A stretch of 64,000 nt of DNA from Octopus sinensis (lineage: Eukaryota): the NCBI RefSeq assembly GCF_006345805.1, contig NC_042997.1, positions 9,486,001-9,550,000 on the forward strand, written 5' to 3'. The notes beneath the pieces were generated by a model. That model searched no databases and was not told the origin of the DNA. It saw only the letters and a list, made by a program, of their open reading frames with translations. A program made the position numbers and the translations under genes. Below, in pieces: positions 27,225 to 38,724 of this stretch (positions are counted from its first letter, which is position 1; every line of letters starts with the position of its first letter).

Positions 27225-27456
27225 ATTCTTTTATTCTTTTACATGTTTCAGTCATGTGACTGTGGCCATGCTGGAGCACCACCTTCAGTCGAACAAGTCA
27301 ACCCCACGACTTATTCTTTGTAAGCCTAGTATTTATTCTATCAGTCTCTTTTGCTGAACTGCTAGATAATGGCAATGTAAACACATCAGCTTTGATTGTC
27401 AAGTGATGGTGGGGGGGGGACAAACATGGACACAAATACATACATACATATATATA

Positions 27457-27490
<34 letters not shown>

Positions 27491-27632
27491 CATACATATA
27501 TATATATATAAATGGCAGGCTTCTTTCGGTTTCCATCTACCAAATCTACTCACAAGACTTTGGTTGGCTCAAGGTTATAGTGACATAAGGTCTTACCCAT
27601 TGTGAACCCAGAACCATGTGGTTGAGAATCAT
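27225..27632 (-). mobile_element. SINE S1, diverged
   Basis: Tail, internal microsatellite and degraded head. Confidence 0.85.
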
Positions 27633-28367
27633 TTAATTACATCATCATCATCATTTAATGTTCACTCCTCTCCAGCAAGACATGCATGCATGTCCATCTA
27701 TCATACTTTAACCTTCAACACTCGGCATAAAGCCACTGCCCCATCTCTCAGATACACATCCACCATGTTGAGGGGGTCCTTTTCTTTTCTTGTCATGTAA
27801 GTTACTCAGTGATCTCATTAGTGTCACTGCTAAGATAAATCCCCCCTGTACACACAGTGAAGTCACTGGCATTAGGAAGGGCATCCAGCCTTAGATACCA
27901 TGCCAAAGCTGATATAGGAGTTCAGTGTTGTCCTGTAGCTCATGTGATCCTGTTAAATAATCCAGCATTTGAACAAGGACTTAAACTGATGATGATGAGG
28001 AGGATGATGATGATGATATACGTGTGTGTTAGCCATGCCGGTACCATGTAAAGAGTGCCCTTGTCAGCGCTACTTAAAAAGCACCCAGCATACATTGTAA
28101 AGTGGTTGGTGTTAGGAAGAGCATCCAGCTATAGAAACCAAGCTAAATCAGACTTGAGCCTGGTGCAGCTTCCCAGTTTACCAGCTCTACTCAAATTGTC
28201 CAACCCATGCCAGCATGGAAAACCGACATTTAAAAATGATGATGATGATATATATATATATATTATATTATTCTTAAGCAAGAATATAATTGATAGTGAC
28301 TGAAGTTTTAGGCCATTGTCAGACAATGGCTTAATTGCCCAAAACTTTGATGTCACTGTCAATATTC

Positions 28368-28583
28368 TCTTTTACTCTTTTACTTGTTTCAGTCATTTGA
28401 CTGTGGCCATGCTGGAGCACCACCTTTAGTCAAGCAAATCGACCCCAGGACTTGTTCTTTGTAAGCCTAGTACTTATTCTATCAGTCTCTTTTGCCGAAC
28501 CACTAAGATATGGGGATGTAAACACACCAGCATCAGTTGCCAAGCGATGTTGGGGGGACAAACACAGGCACACAAACATATAA

Positions 28584-28640
<57 letters not shown>

Positions 28641-28768
28641 GCTTCTTTCAGTTTCCGTCTACCAAATCCGCTCACAAAGCTTTGGTCGGCCTGAGGCTAT
28701 ATTAGAAGACACTTATCCAAGGTGCCATACCGTGGTTGGTAAGCAAGCTACTTACCACACAGCCACTC
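28368..28768 (-). mobile_element. SINE S1
   Basis: Matches the family, with a short deletion in the head. Confidence 0.88.
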
Positions 28769-29286
28769 CTACACTTTTTTCTTTGAGAAAAATAAATTTT
28801 TACTTTACAAGTAAATTTTTTTGTTATAACTGACCATAAAAAAAACACATGCTCACACACACACACAGTCTTAGGTTGTTTCAATGTGCAGTACCCAGGT
28901 GTGCCTGGGTTAATCAATGCTTTGCGAGTGAGTCTGGTAGACAAAACCTGTATGGAAGCCCATCATGTTTACATAAATGTGTGTGTAAGTATTTGTATAT
29001 ATGTGTATGTCCTTGTGTTCATTTTTGTTTCCCCACTACTACCACTTGACTATATTTGTTGGTTTGTTTACCTTCCCATAACTTTGTAGTTCAGCAAATG
29101 AGAGACTAATAGTATCAGACTGGTAAAAAAGCAATAAATATTGGGGTCAATATTTTCAACTAAACAGGTTGAGGTGATGCTCCTGCATGGCCACAGTCTA
29201 ATGACTAAAACAAGTAAAGAAAAGATAGAAATATATTTGTGTATGTATATGTGTGTATATATGTATATGCATGTATGTATATATAC

Positions 29287-29318
<32 letters not shown>

Positions 29319-29364
29319 ATATGTATGTATGTATGTATATATGTACATATACATATGTGTGTGT

Positions 29365-29962
29365 GGAAGACATGGGATGTGGTGGTCAAGCATGACCTTT
29401 GAACGCTAGGCCTCACAGAGGCAATCGCGAAAGACCGAGATCTCTGGAGATATGCTGTGACTGCAAAGACCCGGCAAATAACGTGAGTTCATGGCTGTTT
29501 CCAGCACCAGTTTCGCATAGCAGCCCCAGCCCATCCAAAGTACCTTGGATTGCAGAACGACCTGCTGTGCTGGAAGAGACCTATTGAGTCAAGTTCATCA
29601 ACATAAAAATAAATATCAAATGGAAATTGTAGTTGTGATACCTGTGCCTGTGGCATGTAAAAAGCACCATCTAAACGTGGCCGATGCCAGCACTGTCTTG
29701 ACTGGCTTCCATGCCAGTGGCACGTAAAAAGTACCAACCAATCGTGGCCGCTGCCAGCTTCCCCCGGCACCTGTGCCAGTGGCACATAAAAGGCATCCAC
29801 TACACTCACAGAGTGGTTGGCATTAGGAAGGGCATCCAGCTGTAGAAACACTACCAGAGCAGACTGGAGCCTGGTGTAGCCTCCTGGCTTCCAAGACCCC
29901 AGTCAAACTGTGCAACCCATGCTAGCACGGAAAACAGACGTTAAACAATGATGATGATGATG
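29365..29962 (+). mobile_element. RTE LINE 3' end (ORF2 C-terminus, 3' UTR, (GAT)n)
   Basis: VVKHDL.TLGLTEAIAKDRDLWRYAVTAK, then the shared 3' UTR. Confidence 0.85.
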
Positions 29963-30206
29963 ATATATATATGTATGTATATATATACACATATATGTAT
30001 CAATGTGAATGTGTGTCTGTGTTTGTCCTGCACCATCGCTTGACAGCTGTGTTGGTGTGTTTACATCCCTGTAACTTAGCACTTTGTCAAAAGATTCTTA
30101 CAGAGAATAAGCCCTGTGGTTGATTTGTTAGTCTAAAGGTGGTGCTCCAGCATGGCCACAATCAAATGATTGAAACAAGTAAATGAATAAAAGAATATAT
30201 ATAAAG

Positions 30207-30239
<33 letters not shown>

Positions 30240-30915
30240 ATATACACACACAAATATGCACACACTCATACACATGCAGAGAGTGAGAGATAAAGAGAGA
30301 CAGAGTGAAACAGAAAGATTACTGAATTGCTCCACTGCACGGTATCATTGATAATAATACAAATGTTAAAATTCTTCCAAGTTTTGCAAAGCGTTACAAT
30401 AAATTTTGTTAAATAACCCTTGAAGAAATGTATAAACAGAATGCCAGTGTTATTCTGGCTAATTGCAGCAATTTTGAAGCATTTTCATGGAATATTTGGA
30501 TGATAAATGTGAGTGCAACTTTATAGAGATGTGTCTGGTTGGGTAAATGTGTGGTGACCAAATCGATATGAAAGGTTTTCATGATGAATGAATAACTAGA
30601 AGGAATTCTGGGAAATCTCGATGACTTGTAATAGATATGATAAATATAAGTTATGTGTCTTTATAAAAGACAGTCGTGATAAATGTATTGCAAAGAGATG
30701 AAATTTTCAATGATAAATTTATGAATAACAGACCTAGGATTGAAAGATGCTTTAGTGAGAAGAATTATTAAAGTAGGAAATACAAAAACATTTTAAAGAA
30801 GATTTCAGTATATTTTCTTTGTTGTTACACTATTGCATTTCATTTTCCCCATCCTCCTCATCCTCCTCTCCTTCATCTTTTCTTCTCTCCTTCATCATAC
30901 AGACAGTTTATTCAC

Positions 30916-31315
30916 TCAAGTGGATGGATGGAAGCAATCCGTCGGTTACGACGACGAGGGTTCCGGTTGATCCGAATCAATGGAACAGCCTGCTCGTGGT
31001 GAAATTAATGTGTAAGGGGCTGAGCACTCCACAGGCACGTGTACCCTTAACGTAGTTCTCGGGGGATATTCAGCGTGACACAGGGAGTGACAAGGCCGGC
31101 CCTTTGAAATACAGGTACAATAGAAACAGGAAGTAAGAGTGAGAGAAAGTTATGGTGAAAGAGTACAGCAGGGATCACCACCATCCCCTGCCGGAGCATC
31201 GTGGAGCTTTAGGTGTTTCCGCTCAATAAACACTCACAACGCCTGGTCTGGGAATTGAAACTGCGATCCTATGACCGCGAGTCCGCTGCCCTATCCACTG
31301 GGCCATTGCGCCTTC
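30916..31315 (-). mobile_element. tRNA-derived SINE S2, full length, flanked by a very long direct duplication
   Basis: Minus strand GGCGCAATGGCCCAGTGGATAGGGCAGCGGACTCGCGG..GTTTCAATTCCC head, CpG-rich. Homologous to 57712-57900. Confidence 0.88.
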
Positions 31316-31884
31316 CCTGAGAAGAATTATTAAAGTAGGAAATACAAAAATATTTTAAAGAAGATTTCAGTATATTTTCTTTGTTGTTACACTATTGCAT
31401 TTCATTTTCCCCCATCCTCCTCCTCCTCTCCTTCATCATACAGACAGTTTATTCACCTAAGTATGAACTAACATACTGAGTGTAGTGAGCCAACCATAAA
31501 TTTTTAATGTATTAAATCCACAACGAGAAGAAAATTCAGTAGCATTAATGTTAATTTTTGCCAAAGAAGTTAAAGGAGAAAACTCTGAAAGATAAACTGA
31601 TTAAAAACTAAGTAGACTCAAGCCATGATGAGAGAACATGATTTGTGGTAAGCATGAAAGTCAAGCAATAACACACATATACAAACACGACCTAAAGAAA
31701 TGAAAATTTTAATAAAATATTTGATAATTTTATTTGTTGCAAGTTATAAATAAGCTATGAGTTTTGTTAATAATATCAATTATAATAAGCCCCAGTTTAA
31801 AACAGGAAATAACAATAGATCTAATGGTGCATTATTTACATTATTTGCATTCAACAGAAAAGTGTCCTCATCTGGTTTGTTGAT

Positions 31885-31930
31885 AACACAACGTTTCAGC
31901 TGATATACCCTCCAGCCTTCTTCAGGTGTC
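31885..31930 (-). ncRNA. Minimal type I hammerhead ribozyme (family A, distal copy)
   Basis: GACAC-CUGAAGA-A-GGCUG..CAGCU-GAAA-CG-UU/GUGUU. Stem I GACAC:GUGUU; palindromic ACGU replaces stem III. Confidence 0.75.
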
Positions 31931-32038
31931 TTGGGGAAATTTCGAACCTGGGTTCTCATTCCTAAGGTATTTTTCGATGTTAGTACTATTATTATTATTT
32001 ACATCCAACGGATATTTGTCCTCATCTTGTTTGTTGTT

Positions 32039-32084
32039 AACACAACGTTTCGGCTGATATACTCGCCAGCCTTCATCAGGTGTC
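32039..32084 (-). ncRNA. Minimal type I hammerhead ribozyme (family A, proximal copy)
   Basis: GACAC-CUGAUGA-A-GGCUG-GCGAGUAUAU-CAGCC-GAAA-CG-UU/GUGUU. Confidence 0.8.
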
Positions 32085-32155
32085 TTGGGGAAATTTCGAA
32101 CCTGGGTTCTCATTCCTAAGGTATTTTTTGATGTTATTATTATTATTATTGTTCA

Positions 32156-32224
32156 GGTCACTGCTTGGAATCGAACTCGGAATCTTGGAATTAGTAGCCC
32201 ACGCTCTTGACCACTACACCATAT
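32156..32224 (-). promoter_or_regulatory. tRNA-like Pol III internal promoter head (left arm)
   Basis: A box TGGTGTAGTGG, CTACTAA anticodon-like loop, B box GAGTTCGATTCC. Confidence 0.7.
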
Positions 32225-32234
32225 ACCCACAGTC

Positions 32235-32303
32235 ATATGGCGTAGTGGTTAAGAACGTGGGCTACTAATCCCAAGATTCCAAGTTCGATTCCAAGCAGTG
32301 ACC
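32235..32303 (+). promoter_or_regulatory. tRNA-like Pol III internal promoter head (right arm)
   Basis: A box TGGCGTAGTGG, B box AAGTTCGATTCC (one deviation). Confidence 0.65.
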
Positions 32304-33149
32304 TGAACAATAATAATAATAATAATAATAACAATAACAACATCAAAAAATACCTTAGGAATGAGAACCCAGGTTCGAAATTTCCCCAAAACACCTGGAG
32401 GGTATATCTGCTGAAACGTGTTAACAAACAAGATGTGGACAAATATCCGTTGAATGTAAATAATGTAAATAATGCACATAATTCCTCATCTCTTAAATAT
32501 AGAACTGTAAGATCTAATTGTGTTTAAACAGAAAAAAAACAAATTATCATATTTAATTTGGTCATCCAGTAAATGCGAGATATCTTGTTTATGTTTCAGA
32601 AGTGGGGAGTTCTATTTACTGTTTTGAACTGGTACTTATGTCTAATATCACTATGTTCTACAAGAATTATATATTATTAAATTACAAGCATGGCTATGTG
32701 GATGAGAGGTTTGTTTCCTAAACACCTGGTTTCATCCTCAGTCCTACTACTTGGAATCTTGGGCAAGTGTGATCTACTATAGCCCTAGGGTGAACCAAAG
32801 CAATGTAAGTCGATTTGCTACATGGAATTGAAAGAAACCCATTGTGTATGTATATTCTATAAAAACAGCTGTCATAAATGTTAAACACCAGCTGTGTTCC
32901 CTTTTTTTATATTTATATTATATATATAGACCTCGAAACCACAAGAGTAAACAAGAGAGAGAGAGAGAGAGAGAGAGAGGAAGAAACAAGGAAAATACCC
33001 CTTGTATATGAATACTATGCAAACATTCTTTTAAAAAACTTTTCTTTTAATTTTTCCAAAATTTAATTGTTTTCCATACTTACATTTGAAAAAGTCTCAA
33101 TGACTGAAATGTTTTTTATAAAATTATTTTAGCATTTTCTACCTTTCCA

Positions 33150-33193
<44 letters not shown>

Positions 33194-33198
<5 letters not shown>

Positions 33199-34360
33199 GC
33201 AGAGATACCCAGCATTGCTTGGGATTAAAATGATGGCATAGTTTGTATATAATATATTACAGTTATGTTGAAGCAGGGGATATGGGAAAGTGCAGCTTTG
33301 ACGACAAAACATTTGTGGAGTAAATGATGAGCTAATTTGACTAAACAACATGCTATGCATCCATATGGAGTATTTCAGGCCCTAACCTGTTAAGGAAAAT
33401 TGGGGGGAGGGGGTAATATGTGATTTTCATATGCACCGCAAAGTTGTCAGTGGATATACTCTTTTGCAGCAGTCAGCGCTGTGTCTAATACGACCCTTCC
33501 TCTGAAATTTTAACACCTCCTTCCGGCTTTCTGTCCTACATCACTCACAAAGTAAATTTAGAGAAACTGTGGTCGTTCATTTGTGGATAACAGAGAACCA
33601 ATGAGGTGATAGACTTGCCTTTGAACTTTGATGTCAGCATAAATACATGTTTAACTATCTTCTTAGATGCACCAAACGATGTCATTTGAAATGCAGAGTT
33701 GTATTGTCTGATATTGTTCAGAAAATCCTTTGACTGCATGGAAGTACCTACTAGAAGATCCATAAGAGGTTGAGAAGGAGCTGGTAGTATGCCTGAGCAG
33801 CACATACCATTTGTTTCATTTGAAAATTTTAAAGCTCTACAGAAATGACAATTAGTGTTTTGCACACCAATTTGGACAAAGTTATTTTTATAAGAATGGG
33901 ATGGATCATATCTGAAAACAGCTTCAGGAGTTAGGAAGAATGAATTTGTTTGTAGTCTGTTTCTGAGAGCTATACTATTGAACCTCTGTCTAATCATGGA
34001 AACATTGATTTAATGGTCCAGTATTAAGTGCTGCAACATGCATTTGCTGATCTTGAGAAAATTTCATCTAGCTTCTCTTTTCAGACCCTTGCCTTCGGTT
34101 TTCTACAATCCTCCTTGCTTTATACTTGTTTCTGGAGATATTACGTCTTTTCTTTGGTGGCATATTTTTTCAATATTGTAAATATAAAATTATGAACATT
34201 AATGCCTAATCTTGTAAGCAGTTGTATGTATGTAGTATGTTTTTATTTTTGTATGCAGCATTAATTAACCAAATAGAAGTACATGTATGAACTGCTAATT
34301 TAACGGTAAATGCCACAATAATTATTGTAGATAAATTTCTTTATATATATATATATATAT
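33194..34360 (-). mobile_element. Internally deleted Helitron with Rep/helicase N-terminal coding remnant
   Basis: ORF 33545-33997: CHFCRALKFSNETNGMCCSG..LPAPSQPLMDLL..FLNNIRQYNSAFQMTSFGA. 3' hairpin CCCAAGCAATGCTGGG (33208-33223) upstream of a CTAG-like CTAC. Both ends lie in (TA)n. Confidence 0.85.
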
Positions 34361-34934
34361 ATATTAAGAACATGTATTAAATGATAATTTTTATACACCT
34401 TTGCCACCTCATTGCTTTTTGTCGAGAGTTTCACCTCCAGCTGTTCATTATGTCAGCCAACACATACAGACACACCATTCTGCTGTGGTGGCTCATTTTG
34501 TGGCTCTCTTGCTCATTCCATAAAAAAATTATTTGAAGAGAGCAGAAATTGAAAGAAGAGAAAGCAAAAAGGACAGAGAAAGAAAGTGAAGGAGATGAGA
34601 AAGTGAAAGATGTATGTACGTATATGAAATGGACATGTTTGTTTATGCATGTGTGTGTGAGAGAGAAAGAAAGAGAGATAGAGTGAGTGAGTGAGTGAAG
34701 TTGTGTGTTGTGATGATTGATGTCTTTTAAGGTACATACACATATAGAAAATGTGACGTCATCGTATAAAATGTTTGTGATAGTTGATTTAGGGAAAAGA
34801 TTATGTTAAATTTTTGAAATGCAAAATATGCGAATGGAAATTAAGTTTAATTTGCAGCGGAAATAGTACTGAATCTTTTGATACCCCATGCGTCAAAATC
34901 TCCAGCTTGGTTTTGGAATGCATAAGGAATATAT

Positions 34935-35003
<69 letters not shown>

Positions 35004-35176
35004 ATAAATATTAGGGAATAAATCCAAATTTACAGGGAAAAAATCAGATTTAGGATTAAATCGATTTTATAGTAAAATATTATAAAATATTATTCGAGAC
35101 AAAACCACTATTTTGCAAAACAAACAAGGAAAGACTTAATCAATACATAAATTTTAATAAATAGTCAAAAAAACCG

Positions 35177-35219
35177 CCACTACAATCGTTTCTTGTCTTA
35201 ATCGACAATCTTCAGGTGG
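35177..35219 (-). ncRNA. Type I hammerhead ribozyme (family B, left arm)
   Basis: CCAC-CUGAAGA-UUGUC-GAUUAA-GACAA-GAAA-CGAUU-GUA/GUGG. Confidence 0.8.
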
Positions 35220-35261
35220 ACTTCCAATAATTCAGTGTCATGACACTGAATTATTGGAAGT

Positions 35262-35304
35262 CCACCTGAAGATTGTCGATCAAGACAAGAAACGATTGTA
35301 GTGG
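35262..35304 (+). ncRNA. Type I hammerhead ribozyme (family B, right arm)
   Basis: CCAC-CUGAAGA-UUGUC-GAUCAA-GACAA-GAAA-CGAUU-GUA/GUGG. Intact core, 5-bp stem II, 4-bp stem I, GUA cleavage triplet. Confidence 0.8.
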
Positions 35305-35459
35305 CGGTTTTTTTGACTATTTATTAAAATTTATGTATTGATTAAGTCTTTCCTTGTTTGTTTTGCAAAATAGTGGTTTTGTCTCGAATAATATTTTATA
35401 TATATATATATATATATATGACGCTAAACGATGATGATGATGATGATGATATATATATA

Positions 35460-35860
35460 TAGTGTAAGAGATAAGAGATTGCTCTGGGCTTGCATTAGGA
35501 AAGAAATTGGAAACTTTTTGGCCCATGGTACTGCACAGACCTTGGCTATTGTATTTGACACCTGTTGCTTTAAGTATTTTATTTCGCTTTTCACTGATGT
35601 AGTGTTAAGAACAACAGGATACATAACAGTGGTTTCAAATAAAAATAAAAATGGAAGTTTTAATCATCTGATGGACAGGCAAACATTACAAAAATAGCGA
35701 TTCTCACTTTGAAACTGACAATTTTGAAAATCGTTTTAGATTACAGAACACCCCACTCTCTCATGTATCCATGTTTAAAATTTCAGTATGATTGAATGAA
35801 CAATACTCGAGTGATAAGCTCACAAGCAGACAGACAGAACAGGATTTATATCATATATAT
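35460..35860 (-). mobile_element. Probable non-autonomous Helitron-like element (related to 4060-4303)
   Basis: Shared AGAGATAAGAGATT block, (CAGA)n near the TA-rich end. Confidence 0.45.
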
Positions 35861-35919
35861 ATCATATATATATATATATATATATATATGAACAGTTGTT
35901 GAACAAAGTGAAATTTTAG

Positions 35920-36300
35920 TCATGACTGATGCCAGTGTCGTCTGACTGGTACCTGTGCTGGTGACATGTAAAAAGCACCATTCAAGCATTGGGCCTCATG
36001 GATGCAGTGATAGGTGTCTGAGAGGCTTGGCAATATATCATGCTTGTGTTGACCAGTCAAGCCAAGTGAGACTATAGTTGTGGCCAATGCCAGTGTCAGG
36101 TGAATGACACCTGTGCTGGTGGCAGGTAAAGAGCACCCACTACATTCTCGGAGTGGTTGACATTGGGAAGGGCATCCAGCCGTAGAAAACTTGACAAGTC
36201 ATATTGGAACCTGGTGCAACCTCAGGCTTACCAGTTTTCAGTCAAACTGTTCGACTCATGCCAACATGGAAAGTGGACGTTAAATAATGATGATGATGAG
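35920..36300 (+). mobile_element. RTE LINE 3' UTR remnant
   Basis: Shared 3' UTR motifs and GAT tail. Confidence 0.8.
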
Positions 36301-37454
36301 GGGGATGATAGCCAAGTAGTAGGACTGAACATGAAACCATGTGTTTAGGAAGCAAACTTAATCACAGACCCTTGCCTGTGCCAAGCCATGCTTATAATTT
36401 AATAATATATAATTCTTACAGTATTGATGATAATGATGATGATGCTATATATATATTTATAGGTGTAGGTGTGGCTGTATGGTAAGAAGCTTGCTTCCCA
36501 TCCAAAACACTCTTTTAAATGGTTGATGTAAGGAAGCTGTAGAAACCATGCCAAATATGAAACATGCAAGCAAGACATGGTCCTCCAGCATGTCTAGGAA
36601 AGCAGTAATTCTGAATTAGAATGTGAAAACCTTTCCAGACCATACCAGCATAGAAAGCAGATATAAAATGATGATGATGATGGTGTTGGTGGTTGTGATG
36701 GTAGTTGCAGTAGTGACAATGGTGGCAGCAGCAATGGTGGTGGCTGTGGTAATGTTGGCTGCAGTGGTGGTGACGATGACAATGATGATGATGACGATGA
36801 TGCAAAACTGTGCAAAAAATCAGTAGACTAAGTAAACGCCAAAGACTGGTAGACTGAATGCTTATCAGTATTTCATTCTGTTCTTACTCTGATTTGTCTG
36901 ACGTCTCCACACAGTCGTGTTTCTGAATAGTTTAACCAACAAATAAACAGTATTCTGTCAATTTAAAAATTAAATATTTATTAAAGTATAAATTGCTTTT
37001 AGAAGACATTTGCTTCTTTCGTAACTTGTATCCAACAACATTATTTTTCACATCACAATATATTTTAGATATGAATATAAATAAGATATTTAATAACTAA
37101 CCCTATGGATATTATTTTCAAGTTAATTTATATAGATTTTGTGTTGAGTTTCTAAACAAAGTTTAAAGCATACACACTTTTGACTTCACCTTGAATGAAA
37201 TGAAAAAAATGGTAACATTCCAATTATGTAGTTAGTTAATAAACAAGTTCCATTCCTACAAATGAATTAGAATAGAAAGTATGAGAGGAAATTTGTATGT
37301 TCTAAAGTTTATTGAATGAATAAATTTTGAAACCACATGTTTCCTCTAATACCGATCAGACTGGAGGCTGATAAAAATGATACAGTAAAACATGGCAGAT
37401 TCCATTCATCTTTCAAAAGACTTAAGGAGGACTTAATTGAGTTTTAACATATAT

Positions 37455-37585
37455 ATACATACATGTATGTATGTATGTATGTATGTATGTATGTATGTAT
37501 GTATGTATGTATGTATGTATGTATGTGTGTATGTATGCGTGTATGTATGTATGTATGTATGTATGTATGTATGTATGTATGTATA
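37455..37585. repeat. (TATG)n microsatellite
   Basis: Seen directly. Confidence 0.97.
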
Positions 37586-38724
37586 AGAAAAAAAGGAAAT
37601 AGAGAGATAATTAAATTGAATTAATAATTTAAATTAATTATTTATTAATTATAAAATTGGGCATCATCTCTGACAACTGTTTCATTTCAAAGCCTTAGAA
37701 ATTTAATTTAGTTTAATTTAATTATCTCTCTATTTTCTTTTTTCTTAAAAATATGTAGAAACCCCGGTTTATCAATTACCTTACTGTTGAATATTAATTG
37801 TAATATTCAATACTTCTTGTAATAGGTAATATACCAGTGTATTCATTGGATTTTATCATCCCTTAACGAGCTTTGCAATCTTTAGTTGAGCTTTTATATA
37901 TATGTGTATATATATTTATCTTTAGCCTTTTTCCTAGGAGGAATAAATGTTTTATTTTTAGACTGGGCAGATGCATGATCCAGCCATGAACATTTTGTAA
38001 TTTTAGACATATCTAGGACTGCATTTTCCAATGGGTCCCCTCTCTATTTAAAAATTTTTTTTAAGATGACAGAGCATTATCTAAGGAAAATAAAAGCAAC
38101 AGAGAAACCATTGCAAAGCAAGTAAAATATATATGAAATATGTCTATCAAAACAGCACATGTCACCACAGTTAGAATATTGGAATGGCTTTCTAATTCGA
38201 ATTCGACACATTTACTTTAGTATATAACTTTATGATTTCAAATCATAGTGCTACTAGTAAGCATATCTCAATACAGGCCACTTCCACCTTCTACAACAAG
38301 GTTACAAGCAGTTTCATGCAGTTTTCTATTTGAAAGGTATTTATCCTTGATACAGAGTGACACCTTCAAGCCTTTGCTATATTAAGAATGTAATCATTGC
38401 TAATTACCAGTCTGTAGAAACTTTCATTCAATACCTTTGCAGGTTTTGTCTTTTCTTGCAATGCTAATAACCTCAAAGTGACAATTAGAAGCAATTATGG
38501 AATCTTATTCAGTTAAATGATCCAGTTCTTATAATTGAAGCAATACATGACTAATGGAACTATATTTCTTTGTTTTCCAAATTAATCTTTGACTTTTAGT
38601 CTTTTACAATAGGGAAAGTCTTTGATTATATGTTTTCTAAATTAGTAATGACTGAATATGCCACAAACCTTATACTTTGTGTGCATCTGTTTATATATAT
38701 ATATATTTATCAGCTATACATGTT

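Larger units (their letters stand above)
31829..32475. mobile_element. Palindromic non-autonomous Penelope-like/retrozyme-like element, family A
   Basis: Inverted arms around an about 10-nt spacer (32225-32234). The left arm has an extra tandem 154-nt unit. Contains tRNA-like heads, (AAT)n and hammerhead cores. Confidence 0.8.
35081..35400. repeat. 320-bp loop-less palindrome (family B hammerhead element)
   Basis: 160-bp arms centred between 35240 and 35241 (GTCA|TGAC). I find one mismatch (35200 vs 35281). Confidence 0.95.

Noticed and set aside
32156-32303. Functional tRNA genes
   Set aside because: A/B boxes and an anticodon-like loop are present, but there is no proper acceptor stem. 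They are SINE-like heads inside a repeat.
32385-32425. Active hammerhead in the right arm of family A
   Set aside because: A short deletion between CCTG and GCTG removes most of the CUGAUGA core and the 5' strand of stem II.
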